A stretch of 24,000 bases of DNA from Solirubrobacterales bacterium (GTDB taxonomy: Bacteria; Actinomycetota; Thermoleophilia; Solirubrobacterales; Solirubrobacteraceae): assembly GCA_038319025.1 (NCBI GenBank), contig JBBQCW010000008.1:28202-52201 (forward strand), read 5' to 3'. The notes below the pieces were generated by a model. The model saw nothing but the letters and a program-made list of their open reading frames with translations, had not been told where the DNA came from and searched no databases. Made by a program: the position numbers and the translations under genes. Position 1 is the stretch's first letter. Each line of letters begins with the position of its first letter. Positions 13,468 through 21,682 of the stretch are shown here, piece after piece.

Positions 13468-15438
13468 GTGACCGTCCGCGATAGCCTGAGCCCGATGCAG
13501 GTCACGCTTCCCGACGGTACCTCCCTGGATCTCCCCGACGGCGCCACCGGCGCCGACGCCGCCGCGGCGATCGGCCCGGGGCTGGCGCGCGCTGCGTTGG
13601 CCGTCAAGCAGCAAGGCGAGGTGCGCGATCTGGCCCGACCGCTGCTCGCCGATGCACCGTTGGAGATCATCACCTCGCGCAGCGGTCAGGACGCCCTGGA
13701 TCTGATTCGCCACGACACCGCTCATGTGCTGGCGGCGGCCGCGATGGAGCTGTACCCCGGCGTAAAGATCTCCATCGGCCCACCCATCGATGACGGCTTC
13801 TATTACGACTTCGAGTTCCCCGAAGGAACCAAGCTGTCCGAGGACGACTTCGCCGCGCTTGAGGCCAAGATGCGCGAGCACGTCAAGGCCGGCGAGGAGT
13901 TCGTGCGCGAGGACATCAGCGTTGCCGCCGCGCTGGAGCGCTTCCGCGCCGAAGGTCAGGATTACAAGGTCGAACTGATCGAGGATCTCGCCGCTGCCGC
14001 GGACCCGCATGAGCCACTGGAGACGGTGTCGCTTTACACCAACGGCCCATTCACCGACCTGTGTCGTGGGCCGCACGCGCCGTCAACGGCTCGCATCGCC
14101 GCGTTCAAGCTGCAGTCTGTCGCCGGGGCGTACTGGCGCGGGGATTCGACGCGGACGATGCTCACCCGCGTGTACGGCACAGCGTTCTTCGACAAGAAGG
14201 ATCTCGCCGCTCACCTCGAGCGCCTGGAGGAGGCTCGTGCGCGCGACCACCGCAAGCTGGGCCGGGAGCTCGGTCTGTTCACCTTCTCGGAGACCTCGCC
14301 GGGGTCGGCGTTCTGGTTGCCGCCCGGGACCACGGTCTGGAACACGCTCGTGGCCCTGTCGAGGGAGATGGGCACCGAGCGCGGCTTCACGGAGGTCAAG
14401 ACCCCGCAGCTGTACGACAGCGAACTCTGGAAGACCTCCGGGCACTGGGGCAAGTACCGCGAGAACATGTTCATCACGGAAACCGAGGGCCGCGAGTTCG
14501 GGCTGAAGCCGATGAACTGCCCGGGGCACGCGCAGTTGTTCAAGACGCAGGCATGGAGCTACCGCGACCTGCCGGTGCGCTATTCCGAGCCCGGGCTGCT
14601 CCACCGCAACGAGCTGAGCGGCACGCTGCACGGCCTCCTGCGGGTCCGCCACTTCACGCAGGACGACGCCCATATCTTTTGCACCGAGGAGCAGATCGAG
14701 AGCGAGGTTCGCCGCTGCTTGGAGTTCGCGTTCGCGACCTTCGGGCTGTTCGGGTTTGAGGTTCAACTAGAGCTCTCGACGCGGCCGGCCGAACGCATCG
14801 GCAGCGATGAGATGTGGGATCAGGCTGAAGGCAAGCTCGAGAAGGTGTTGCGCGACGACGGCCACGACTTCACGATCAACGCCGGCGACGGTGCCTTCTA
14901 CGGCCCGAAGATCGATCTGCACACCACCGATTCCCTCGGTCGCTCCTGGCAGTTGGGCACCGTCCAGCTGGACTACTCGATGCCCGAGCGGTTTGACCTC
15001 GAGTACACGTCCGCCGACAACACGCCGCAGCGGCCCGTGATGATCCACACGGCTCGCATGGGCTCCTTCGAGCGCTTCATCGGCATTCTGATCGAGCACT
15101 ACGCCGGCGAGTTCCCATTGTGGCTGACGCCGGTACAGGCTGCGGTGCTGTCGATCTCAGATCGGCATGCGGACGCCGCTGAGGCGGCGGCGGCGACCCT
15201 GCGCAAGAGCGGCGTGCGGGTCGACCTTGACGTCCGTAGTGAGTCGATCGGGCGCAAGATCCGCGACGCCGAATTGCGCAAGGTTCCCTACATGCTCGTG
15301 GTCGGTGATCGCGAGGCCGAGGACGGCACCGTGGCCGTGCGCCGGCATCGCGAAGGTGACCTGGGCACGGAGTCGCTGGCCATGTTCGCCGCGCGCGTGG
15401 CCGGGGAGTCAGACCGCCACAGCGAATCAGCGCTATAG
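13468..15438 (+). CDS. thrS: threonine--tRNA ligase
   Basis: Full-length ThrS: TGS domain ([16 protein letters not shown]), editing-domain HDTAHVLA, class II core [11 protein letters not shown]...[13 protein letters not shown], and an anticodon-binding C-terminus. The ORF-track start is GTG at 13468. ATG at 13495 gives the canonical MQVTLPDG N-terminus. Confidence 0.95.
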   Translation: MTVRDSLSPMQVTLPDGTSLDLPDGATGADAAAAIGPGLARAALAVKQQGEVRDLARPLLADAPLEIITSRSGQDALDLIRHDTAHVLAAAAMELYPGVKISIGPPIDDGFYYDFEFPEGTKLSEDDFAALEAKMREHVKAGEEFVREDISVAAALERFRAEGQDYKVELIEDLAAAADPHEPLETVSLYTNGPFTDLCRGPHAPSTARIAAFKLQSVAGAYWRGDSTRTMLTRVYGTAFFDKKDLAAHLERLEEARARDHRKLGRELGLFTFSETSPGSAFWLPPGTTVWNTLVALSREMGTERGFTEVKTPQLYDSELWKTSGHWGKYRENMFITETEGREFGLKPMNCPGHAQLFKTQAWSYRDLPVRYSEPGLLHRNELSGTLHGLLRVRHFTQDDAHIFCTEEQIESEVRRCLEFAFATFGLFGFEVQLELSTRPAERIGSDEMWDQAEGKLEKVLRDDGHDFTINAGDGAFYGPKIDLHTTDSLGRSWQLGTVQLDYSMPERFDLEYTSADNTPQRPVMIHTARMGSFERFIGILIEHYAGEFPLWLTPVQAAVLSISDRHADAAEAAAATLRKSGVRVDLDVRSESIGRKIRDAELRKVPYMLVVGDREAEDGTVAVRRHREGDLGTESLAMFAARVAGESDRHSESAL

Positions 15439-15505
15439 TCCCTCCCGTTGCCCGCTCTTAACGTCACTCGCGGCCGCTCCGCTTGAGCCTCCGCCCTCAT
15501 CACTA

Positions 15506-16330
15506 GTGCCGGTTCCCCGTAGGTTCGACCGGCGTCCGCCCGAACGCGACACGACTCGGATCAACGAGCGTATTCGCGTTCCCGAGGTGCGCCTCATCGA
15601 CGAGGAAGGCAACCAAGTCGGCGTGATGAAGACCGATGAGGCGGTTGCGTACGCCCAGTCGCGCGATCTGGATCTGGTCGAGGTGGCCCCTGAGGCCCGC
15701 CCGCCGGTGTGCCGTGTGCTCGATTACTCCAAGTACAAGTACGAACAGGCGCAGAAGATCAAGCAGGCCAAGAAGCATCAGCAGCAGATCACGATCCGTG
15801 AGATCAAGTTCCGGCCCAAGATCGCCACGCACGACTACGAGACCAAGAAGGGTCATGTCGAGCGGTTCCTGCGTCACAAGGACAAGGTGAAGGTCACGAT
15901 CATGTTCCGTGGCCGCGAGGTGACCCACCCCGAGCGCGGTGTGATGATTCTCGATCGTCTGGCTGAGGAACTCGCCGACCTGTGCGCGATCGAGCAACGT
16001 CCGATTCAGGACGGCCGCAACATGACCATGCTGCTCGGTCCATCCAAAGCGGTGCTGAACGGCACGCTGGAGCAGGAACTTGCTGAGCGCGCCGCTGCCG
16101 CAGAAGCCGCCGCTGCGGCGAACGCCGCGGTCGACGCCGCGATGGCGGAGGAGTCAGCCGAGGCCGAGAGCAGCGAGTCAGCGGTCGAGGCCGATGTGGT
16201 CGAGGCCGTCGAGCCTGAGGCCGCTGAGGCCGCTGAGGCCGCTGAGGCCACTGAGGCCGAGGCCGAGGCGCCCGAAGCCGCGGCCGACCCGGTCGCTGAA
16301 CCTGTCCAAGCGCCGGCCGAACCCGCCTGA
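15506..16330 (+). CDS. infC: translation initiation factor IF-3 with 91-aa acidic Ala/Glu-rich C-terminal tail
   Basis: [22 protein letters not shown]...[27 protein letters not shown]...[22 protein letters not shown]...VTIMFRGRE...[10 protein letters not shown] closely matches actinobacterial IF-3. GTG at 15506 is the first in-frame start after the thrS stop. ATC at 15560 is the alternative. Confidence 0.9.
   Translation: MPVPRRFDRRPPERDTTRINERIRVPEVRLIDEEGNQVGVMKTDEAVAYAQSRDLDLVEVAPEARPPVCRVLDYSKYKYEQAQKIKQAKKHQQQITIREIKFRPKIATHDYETKKGHVERFLRHKDKVKVTIMFRGREVTHPERGVMILDRLAEELADLCAIEQRPIQDGRNMTMLLGPSKAVLNGTLEQELAERAAAAEAAAAANAAVDAAMAEESAEAESSESAVEADVVEAVEPEAAEAAEAAEATEAEAEAPEAAADPVAEPVQAPAEPA
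16217..16270 (+). repeat. In-frame tandem repeat inside the infC tail: (GAGGCCGCT)x3, GAGGCCACT, then (GAGGCC)x2 and GAGGCG
   Basis: Read directly from the sequence: gaggccgct gaggccgct gaggccgct gaggccact gaggcc gaggcc gaggcg. It encodes [18 protein letters not shown]. Confidence 0.85.
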
Positions 16331-16350
16331 CGCCGCAGCTCCCGGATCGA

Positions 16351-16389
16351 GTGCCACCGCAGGCCCGCCCTGCGGGCACGATGTGGCAC
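16351..16389. terminator. GC-rich hairpin between convergent infC and SDR genes (possible bidirectional terminator, no U-tract)
   Basis: CCGCAGG (16357-16363) pairs with CCTGCGG (16369-16375) around a 5-nt loop. The flanking GTGCCAC (16351-57) and GTGGCAC (16383-89) are also complementary. Confidence 0.35.
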
Positions 16390-16424
16390 TCGCCGTCTAG
16401 AGCGCAGTGACCAGGCTGCTGGAG

Positions 16425-17378
16425 TCAGTGCGACTCGGGGCTACCGCTGAACACGGCGGGGAAACCTTCGCGGTAGCTCGGGAACGTCGGTGTCCAGCCC
16501 AGCTCCTCGTGGGCTTTCGCGTTGCTCGCGCCCCGGCCCTCGACCATCGCCCCGGCCAGTGCGCCGATGAGCAGCTTGGCCAGCCATAGCGGAACGTGCC
16601 GAGGGGGCTTACCGCCCATCGCCTGTGCCATCGCGGGGATCCAGTCGCGGGCGGCGACCGGCTCGTCGTCAGTCACGTGGTAGGTCCCGGCGCCTCCATG
16701 ATCCAGCGCCCGGACGGTCGCGGCGGCCGCGTCGTCGATGTGGATGAACGAGAACAGGCCGGCGCCCGAGCCGACCAGCGGGAATCGCCGACGCCGGACC
16801 TCCTCGGCGTTGTATCCGCCTGGCGCGTACGACGTGCCAGGGCCATAGAAGAAGCCGTACCGCAGGATCACGCCTTCAATTCCGTCCTCGTCCAGTAAGG
16901 CGCGCTCGAAGGCGTCGGCCGACCGGACACCTTCGGTCAGCGGCTCCGGGGCGTCGAGCCACAGCGGCGCCGCCTCGTCGAGGACGGGCGGGCCCTCCGG
17001 GCGCTGCATGAACGACACCGACTGGCCGATGATCCGGCGGGCGCCGGCGGCCCGGGCCGCCGCAGCGAACGTCGGTCCCGTCTCTCGGCGCAGGCGGGCG
17101 GTGGAGGACAGATCGCGGGCGTAATGGCGCGGGTCGAGCTTGGCGGGAATATCGGTGAGCTGGTGAATGACCACTTCCGGCTGTGCGGCCGCGATCGCCT
17201 CGCGGACGCCCGCCGCATCGAAGGCGTCACAGACGGCTGCGTCCACGCCGCGCGCGCGCAGGGCGGCGCCGCGCTCCGTCGAGCGGGTCATGGCGACGAC
17301 CTCGTGTCCTGCGCCCTGCAGGCGATCCAGCAGCGGGCGGCCGATGGCCCCGGTTGCCCCGGCGACGAAAACCCTCAT
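16425..17378 (-). CDS. NAD(P)-dependent epimerase/dehydratase family protein (atypical SDR)
   Basis: MRVFVAGATGAIGRPLLDRL Rossmann motif at the preferred ATG 17378, which overlaps the upstream stop (ATGA). The C-terminal portion is typical of NmrA/epimerase-like SDRs. Confidence 0.85.
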   Translation of the reverse strand: MRVFVAGATGAIGRPLLDRLQGAGHEVVAMTRSTERGAALRARGVDAAVCDAFDAAGVREAIAAAQPEVVIHQLTDIPAKLDPRHYARDLSSTARLRRETGPTFAAAARAAGARRIIGQSVSFMQRPEGPPVLDEAAPLWLDAPEPLTEGVRSADAFERALLDEDGIEGVILRYGFFYGPGTSYAPGGYNAEEVRRRRFPLVGSGAGLFSFIHIDDAAAATVRALDHGGAGTYHVTDDEPVAARDWIPAMAQAMGGKPPRHVPLWLAKLLIGALAGAMVEGRGASNAKAHEELGWTPTFPSYREGFPAVFSGSPESH

Positions 17379-17779
17379 GAAGTGGCCTCCCGTGGAGAGA
17401 CGAGTGTCCAGAGCCACACGAAGACACCGAGCAGCGCGGCGAGCGCGACGGCATTGAAGATGCCGGTGGCGACCGGGTCGGCGGAACCGGCGTCAACGAT
17501 GTGGTTGATCAGGTGCAGAGCGCCCTGAACGATGCCCAGCGCGATGACCGGGGGTCGCCACGACGGGCGCCGCGCAGCGATCAACAACGCCACACCGAAC
17601 GCCGCGCTCCACGTTGCGAGGTCGCGCACGTAATGCCCGTTGGGGGCGCCGAACGGCCCGATGTCGTGCACGAACGCGGTAGGCGCCACGGTCTGCATCA
17701 GTGCGATGGCCAGCGAACTGACACCGAGGACGTTGAGCGCTAGGCGCACACGGCGGTCGTCGGGAGTTGATGAAGGCAT
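17375..17779 (-). CDS. small integral membrane protein, unknown function
   Basis: The 134-aa ORF has about four hydrophobic segments (LALNVLGVSSLAIALM, WSAAFGVALLIAA, VIALGIVQGALHLI, IFNAVALAALLGVFVWLW). It is translationally coupled (ATGA) to the SDR gene and divergent from the MocR gene. Confidence 0.65.
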   Translation of the reverse strand: MPSSTPDDRRVRLALNVLGVSSLAIALMQTVAPTAFVHDIGPFGAPNGHYVRDLATWSAAFGVALLIAARRPSWRPPVIALGIVQGALHLINHIVDAGSADPVATGIFNAVALAALLGVFVWLWTLVSPREATS

Positions 17780-17807
17780 GGGATGACACTATGCGCTGGG
17801 TGGTGAC

Positions 17808-19217
17808 ATGAAAAGATCCAATTCCACGTACGAACGGGGTACCACTGGACCGGAGGTGCTCGTCGAGTTGGCCGCCGGTGACGGGCCGCTCGGCGCGCGG
17901 ATCGAGGGATCCCTGCGCGAAGGGGCACGGTCGGGCCGCTTGACGGCGGGCATCAGGCTCCCGTCGTCGAGGACGCTGGCCCGCGATCTCGGCATCTCTC
18001 GGCGGGCGGTCGTCGACGCCTACGCCCAGTTGGTGGCTGAAGGCTGGCTCGTCGCCCGCCAGGGCGCGGGAACCTTCGTTGCCGCGGCTGCGCACGAGTC
18101 CGAGCCGCTGCCGCGGCAGCTCCCGGTGCCGCCGCCACGGCCGCGCTACGACTTCTTCCCGGGAATCCCCGACCTCGCCGCATTTCCTCGCGCGCTGTGG
18201 CTTCGCACCGTTCGCGAGGTTCTGGCGGACGCACCTGATGCCGCCTTGCACTACCCCGACCCGGCCGGTGTACCCGAGCTGCGTACGGCGCTCGCCGCCT
18301 ACCTGGGCAGGGTTCGTAATGTGCAGGCAGGCCCCGAGCGTGTGCTCATCACCGCAGGGGCGCGGCAGGCCATCGGGCTGATCGCCCGCGCCATCGGCCG
18401 CGACGGGTCGGCATGTGTAGCCGTGGAGTGGCCCTCAATTCCGGACCACATTGCCGTATTGCGGGCCGCCGGGGCCGAGGTGATCCGCATCCCGGTGGAC
18501 GAGGAGGGAATCGACGTGGCGTCGCTCGCCGCCGGGCCCGCGCGGGCGGTGCTGATCACCCCTGCGCATCAGTTCCCGATGGGCATGGCGCTGTCGGGTC
18601 CGCGACGTGCGGCCCTCTTGGAGTGGGTTCTCGGCGCCGACGGGCGGCTGATCATCGAAGACGATTACGACGCCGAATTTCGCTACGACCGAAGGCCGGT
18701 CGGGGCGCTGCAGGGCCGGGCGCCCGACCACGTGGCGTACGTGGGTTCGACGAGCAAGACTCTGGCGCCCGGTCTGCGACTGGGGTGGACCGTCTTGCCC
18801 GCGGCACTCGCGCCGGCCGTGATTCGCGAGAAGCGCCTTGACGACGCCGGCAACGCGGTGGTCGATCAACTGGTGCTCGCTCGATTGCTGCAGACGGCGG
18901 CCTACGACCGCCACATTCGTGCGGCGCGGCGCCGCAACCGGCGCCGCCGCGAGGCGCTGGCGGGTGCGCTGGCGCGTGCTTTGCCCGATGTCCGCCTGGA
19001 GGGACTGGCCGCCGGCCTGCACGCTGTGGCGCGTCTGCCTCGGCCGGTCGATGCGCAGGCGCTGGTGGTGGCGGCGGCTGCCCGTTCGGTGGGTGTGTAC
19101 CCGTTGCCGGGGGCCGACGGGCGCGCGGACGTGCTGATTCTGGGGTACGCCGCACTCAGCGAACCGGCCATAGAAGCCGGGGTCTCACTGCTCGCCGAGG
19201 CGCTCGCGGGGGTCTGA
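17808..19217 (+). CDS. MocR/PdxR-type regulator: GntR-family wHTH fused to a class I aminotransferase-like domain
   Basis: N-terminal LPSSRTLARDLGISRRAVVDAYAQLVAEGWLVARQGAGTFV. The C-terminal fold-type I domain has YVGSTSKTLAPGLRLGW (PLP-Lys context). Confidence 0.9.
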   Translation: MKRSNSTYERGTTGPEVLVELAAGDGPLGARIEGSLREGARSGRLTAGIRLPSSRTLARDLGISRRAVVDAYAQLVAEGWLVARQGAGTFVAAAAHESEPLPRQLPVPPPRPRYDFFPGIPDLAAFPRALWLRTVREVLADAPDAALHYPDPAGVPELRTALAAYLGRVRNVQAGPERVLITAGARQAIGLIARAIGRDGSACVAVEWPSIPDHIAVLRAAGAEVIRIPVDEEGIDVASLAAGPARAVLITPAHQFPMGMALSGPRRAALLEWVLGADGRLIIEDDYDAEFRYDRRPVGALQGRAPDHVAYVGSTSKTLAPGLRLGWTVLPAALAPAVIREKRLDDAGNAVVDQLVLARLLQTAAYDRHIRAARRRNRRRREALAGALARALPDVRLEGLAAGLHAVARLPRPVDAQALVVAAAARSVGVYPLPGADGRADVLILGYAALSEPAIEAGVSLLAEALAGV

Positions 19218-19259
19218 CGCCCCAGAGGCGTCGTCTTTGTCATACTCCCGGGCCGCGTC

Positions 19260-19460
19260 ATGCCAAAGATGAAGACACATTCCGGAGCCAAGAAGCGCTT
19301 CAAGAAGACCTCCACGGGGAAGATCCGTGGCCGTCACGCGTTCTCGAGCCACATCCTCGAGAAGAAGACGCCGAAGCGCAAGCGCAAGTTCCGTAAGCCG
19401 ATGGTCGTCTCCGAGCACGACGTTCCGCGTGTCAAAAAGCTGTTGGGGACGAGCAAGTGA
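19260..19460 (+). CDS. rpmI: 50S ribosomal protein L35
   Basis: [42 protein letters not shown] is a canonical L35 sequence. Confidence 0.95.
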   Translation: MPKMKTHSGAKKRFKKTSTGKIRGRHAFSSHILEKKTPKRKRKFRKPMVVSEHDVPRVKKLLGTSK

Positions 19461-19816
19461 CCCGCGTCAAGCGTTCGGTGAACGCCAAGAAGAAGCGTCG
19501 CAAGATGCTGGAGCGGACGAAGGGTTTCCGCGGCCAGGCCAACAGCAACTACAAGCGCGCCAAGGAAGCGGCCATGAAGGCCGACGCCTACGCGTACCGC
19601 GATCGGCGCAACCGCAAGCGTGATTTCCGCCGCCTCTGGATTACCCGCATCAACGCCGCCGCGCGTCTGAACGGCATGTCCTACGGGCAGTTCATCCACG
19701 GCCTCAAGCTGGCCGGCATCGAACTGGACCGCAAGGTCCTGGCCGACGTGGCCGTGCGCGATCCCGAGACGTTCCGCCGATTTGTGGACGCCGCCCGCGA
19801 GGCGTCGGCCGTCTAA
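19457..19816 (+). CDS. rplT: 50S ribosomal protein L20
   Basis: [25 protein letters not shown]...[23 protein letters not shown] is canonical L20. The GTG start overlaps the rpmI stop (GTGA). Confidence 0.95.
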   Translation: MTRVKRSVNAKKKRRKMLERTKGFRGQANSNYKRAKEAAMKADAYAYRDRRNRKRDFRRLWITRINAAARLNGMSYGQFIHGLKLAGIELDRKVLADVAVRDPETFRRFVDAAREASAV

Positions 19817-19840
19817 CACCGACCGACACCACTTCCTCCG

Positions 19841-19878
19841 GGCGCCGACTCCTCTTCAGGACCGGCGCCTTTTTTGTT
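19841..19878 (+). terminator. Rho-independent terminator after rplT
   Basis: GGCGCCG (19841-47) pairs with CGGCGCC (19863-69), with an inner TCCT/AGGA pairing. It is followed directly by TTTTTTGTTT (19870-79). Confidence 0.7.
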
Positions 19879-19881
19879 TCC

Positions 19882-20604
19882 ATGACCATCACGTCCGCTC
19901 ACAACGACACCCTGAAAGAGATCCGCCGTCTGGCGCGGCGGCCGGCCCGTGAGCGGGCGGGCCGGTTCGTGGCCGAGGGCGAAGATCTGATCACCGAAGC
20001 GGCCGCCAACGGGTGGAAGCCACTTACGTTGCTGAGCGCCGCGGGCAGTGGGCTGCCGGGGACCGAGGTCGAGCCGGCGCTGCTGGATTCGGTGTCCGGG
20101 CTGGGCTCGGGGACGCGCACGCTGGGTGTCTATGAGAGCCGCTGGGCGGTGCCGGTCGGGCCGCTCTGCTTGTACCTCCACGGCGTCGGCGACCCCGGCA
20201 ACGTCGGCACGATCTTGCGCTCGGCGCTGGCTTTCGGCGCGGCGTCCGTGATCCTGGGCCCGGACTGCGCCGACCCTTTCGGCCCCAAAGCGGTCCGCGC
20301 GTCGATGGGTGCGGTCTTCGCGATTCCCGTTGCCCGCGGCCACGGAATCCATGATGCGATCGGTTCCACGGTGGCGCTGGCCGCCGGGGGCGGCGAACCG
20401 CTGCGGGGGCCGATAACCACCGAGACCACGCTGATCATCGGGTCCGAGCGCGAGGGGCTTCCCGCGGAGATCCTCGACCGCTGCGACCGGATCGCCCACA
20501 TCCGCATCGGGACGGAGTCGCTCAACGCCGCCATGGCAGCCACCGTCGCGCTGTACGAGTGCACCCGCGAGGCCGACACGGACGCCCATAGGATCACGCC
20601 GTAA
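19882..20604 (+). CDS. TrmH/SpoU family RNA 2'-O-methyltransferase
   Basis: SpoU motifs LHGVGDPGNVGTILRSALAFGA, LIIGSEREGLPAEIL and IRIGTESLNAAMAATVALYE. It occupies the rplT-pheS position seen in other actinobacteria. Confidence 0.85.
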   Translation: MTITSAHNDTLKEIRRLARRPARERAGRFVAEGEDLITEAAANGWKPLTLLSAAGSGLPGTEVEPALLDSVSGLGSGTRTLGVYESRWAVPVGPLCLYLHGVGDPGNVGTILRSALAFGAASVILGPDCADPFGPKAVRASMGAVFAIPVARGHGIHDAIGSTVALAAGGGEPLRGPITTETTLIIGSEREGLPAEILDRCDRIAHIRIGTESLNAAMAATVALYECTREADTDAHRITP

Positions 20605-21680
20605 TGGTCGATCGCATCACCGCACTTCAAGCCGAAGGCGAGGCAGCCGCGCGGGCGGCGACGACGTCCGCTGCATTGGAGGACGTCCGCGTTCGGTTCC
20701 TGGGCCGCAAGGCGGAACTGCCCAACCTTCTGCGGGGTGTGGCGGATCTGGAGCCCGCCGAGCGCGGCGCCGTGGGCAAGGCGGCCAACCAGACGCGGCA
20801 GGCCCTGGAGGCCCTCATCACCAGCCGCGGGGCGGAGCTGGAGCTGGCGGAACTCTCCGAGCGGCTGCTGCGCGACCAGGTGGACGTGACGCTGCCCGGC
20901 ACGCCGCCCCAGCCGGTCGGCACGCTGCATCTGCTGACGGCCACACGGCGGGAGATCGAGGACGTCTTCTGTGGCCTCGGGTTCACCGTCGTAACCGGCC
21001 CCGAGGTCGAGCGCGTGCACTACAACTTCGACGCGCTCAACCACGATCCGGCCCACCCGGCGCGGGCACGGTCGGACACGTTCTACGTCGCGGACGGCAT
21101 GGGCCGGTCCGGTGGCGACGAGATCGTCCTGCGCACCCACACCTCACCGATGCAGATCCGCGCGATGGAGGCACAGCCGCCACCTATCGCCATCATCGTT
21201 CCCGGCCGGGTCTACCGCCGCGACAGCGACGCCACCCACACGCCGCAGTTCCACCAGATCGAAGGGCTGGCGGTCGATGAGGACATCACGCTCGCCGACC
21301 TCAAGGGCACGCTGCTGGCCTTCGCCCGCGCGATCTTCGGCGACGCGCGCGAAGTGCGGTTGCGGCCCCACTTCTTCCCGTTCACCGAGCCGAGCGTCGA
21401 GGTCGACGTCTCCTGTTTCCAATGCAGCGGCACCGGTGAGGTGCGCAACCATGAGCGGTGCAACCTCTGCAAGGGAACGGGTTGGCTGGAGATCCTCGGG
21501 TCGGGGATGGTGGATCCGAACGTGTTCGGCTACGTGCGCGACCACGGTTACGACCCCGAGCAGCACCAAGGCTTTGCCTTCGGAATGGGCGTCGAGCGGA
21601 TCGCGATGCTCAAGCACGGCGTGCCGGATCTGCGGCTTTTCTACGACAACGACATCCGCTTCCTGCGGCAGTTCGGCTAA
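20604..21680 (+). CDS. pheS: phenylalanine--tRNA ligase alpha subunit
   Basis: LRTHTSPMQIR, PGRVYRRDSDATHTPQFHQIEGL, FFPFTEPSVEVDV and FAFGMGVERIAMLKHGVPDLR. The ATG overlaps the upstream TAA by 1 nt. Confidence 0.95.
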   Translation: MVDRITALQAEGEAAARAATTSAALEDVRVRFLGRKAELPNLLRGVADLEPAERGAVGKAANQTRQALEALITSRGAELELAELSERLLRDQVDVTLPGTPPQPVGTLHLLTATRREIEDVFCGLGFTVVTGPEVERVHYNFDALNHDPAHPARARSDTFYVADGMGRSGGDEIVLRTHTSPMQIRAMEAQPPPIAIIVPGRVYRRDSDATHTPQFHQIEGLAVDEDITLADLKGTLLAFARAIFGDAREVRLRPHFFPFTEPSVEVDVSCFQCSGTGEVRNHERCNLCKGTGWLEILGSGMVDPNVFGYVRDHGYDPEQHQGFAFGMGVERIAMLKHGVPDLRLFYDNDIRFLRQFG

Positions 21681-21682
21681 CG

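Noticed and set aside
15167-15505. The 5' part of the 387-aa ORF-track entry that would make IF-3 start inside thrS.
   Set aside because: It overlaps the thrS coding frame for 270 nt. It has no IF-3 similarity before the RINERIRV block. It is simply an open alternative frame, and infC must start after the thrS stop.
19817-19881. A pheST-type attenuator with a Phe-rich leader peptide, or a T-box, upstream of the aminoacyl-tRNA synthetase genes. The region upstream of thrS (13400-13467) was also checked.
   Set aside because: There is no small Phe-rich ORF, and no T-box specifier or antiterminator sequence is recognisable. The hairpin at 19841-19879 is adequately explained as the rplT terminator.
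21414-21470. A CxxC...CxxC motif (CFQCSGTGEVRNHERCNLCKGTGW) in PheS as a novel zinc-ribbon insertion.
   Set aside because: The same four-Cys element at this position is known in PheS of Bacillus and other bacteria, so it is not novel.
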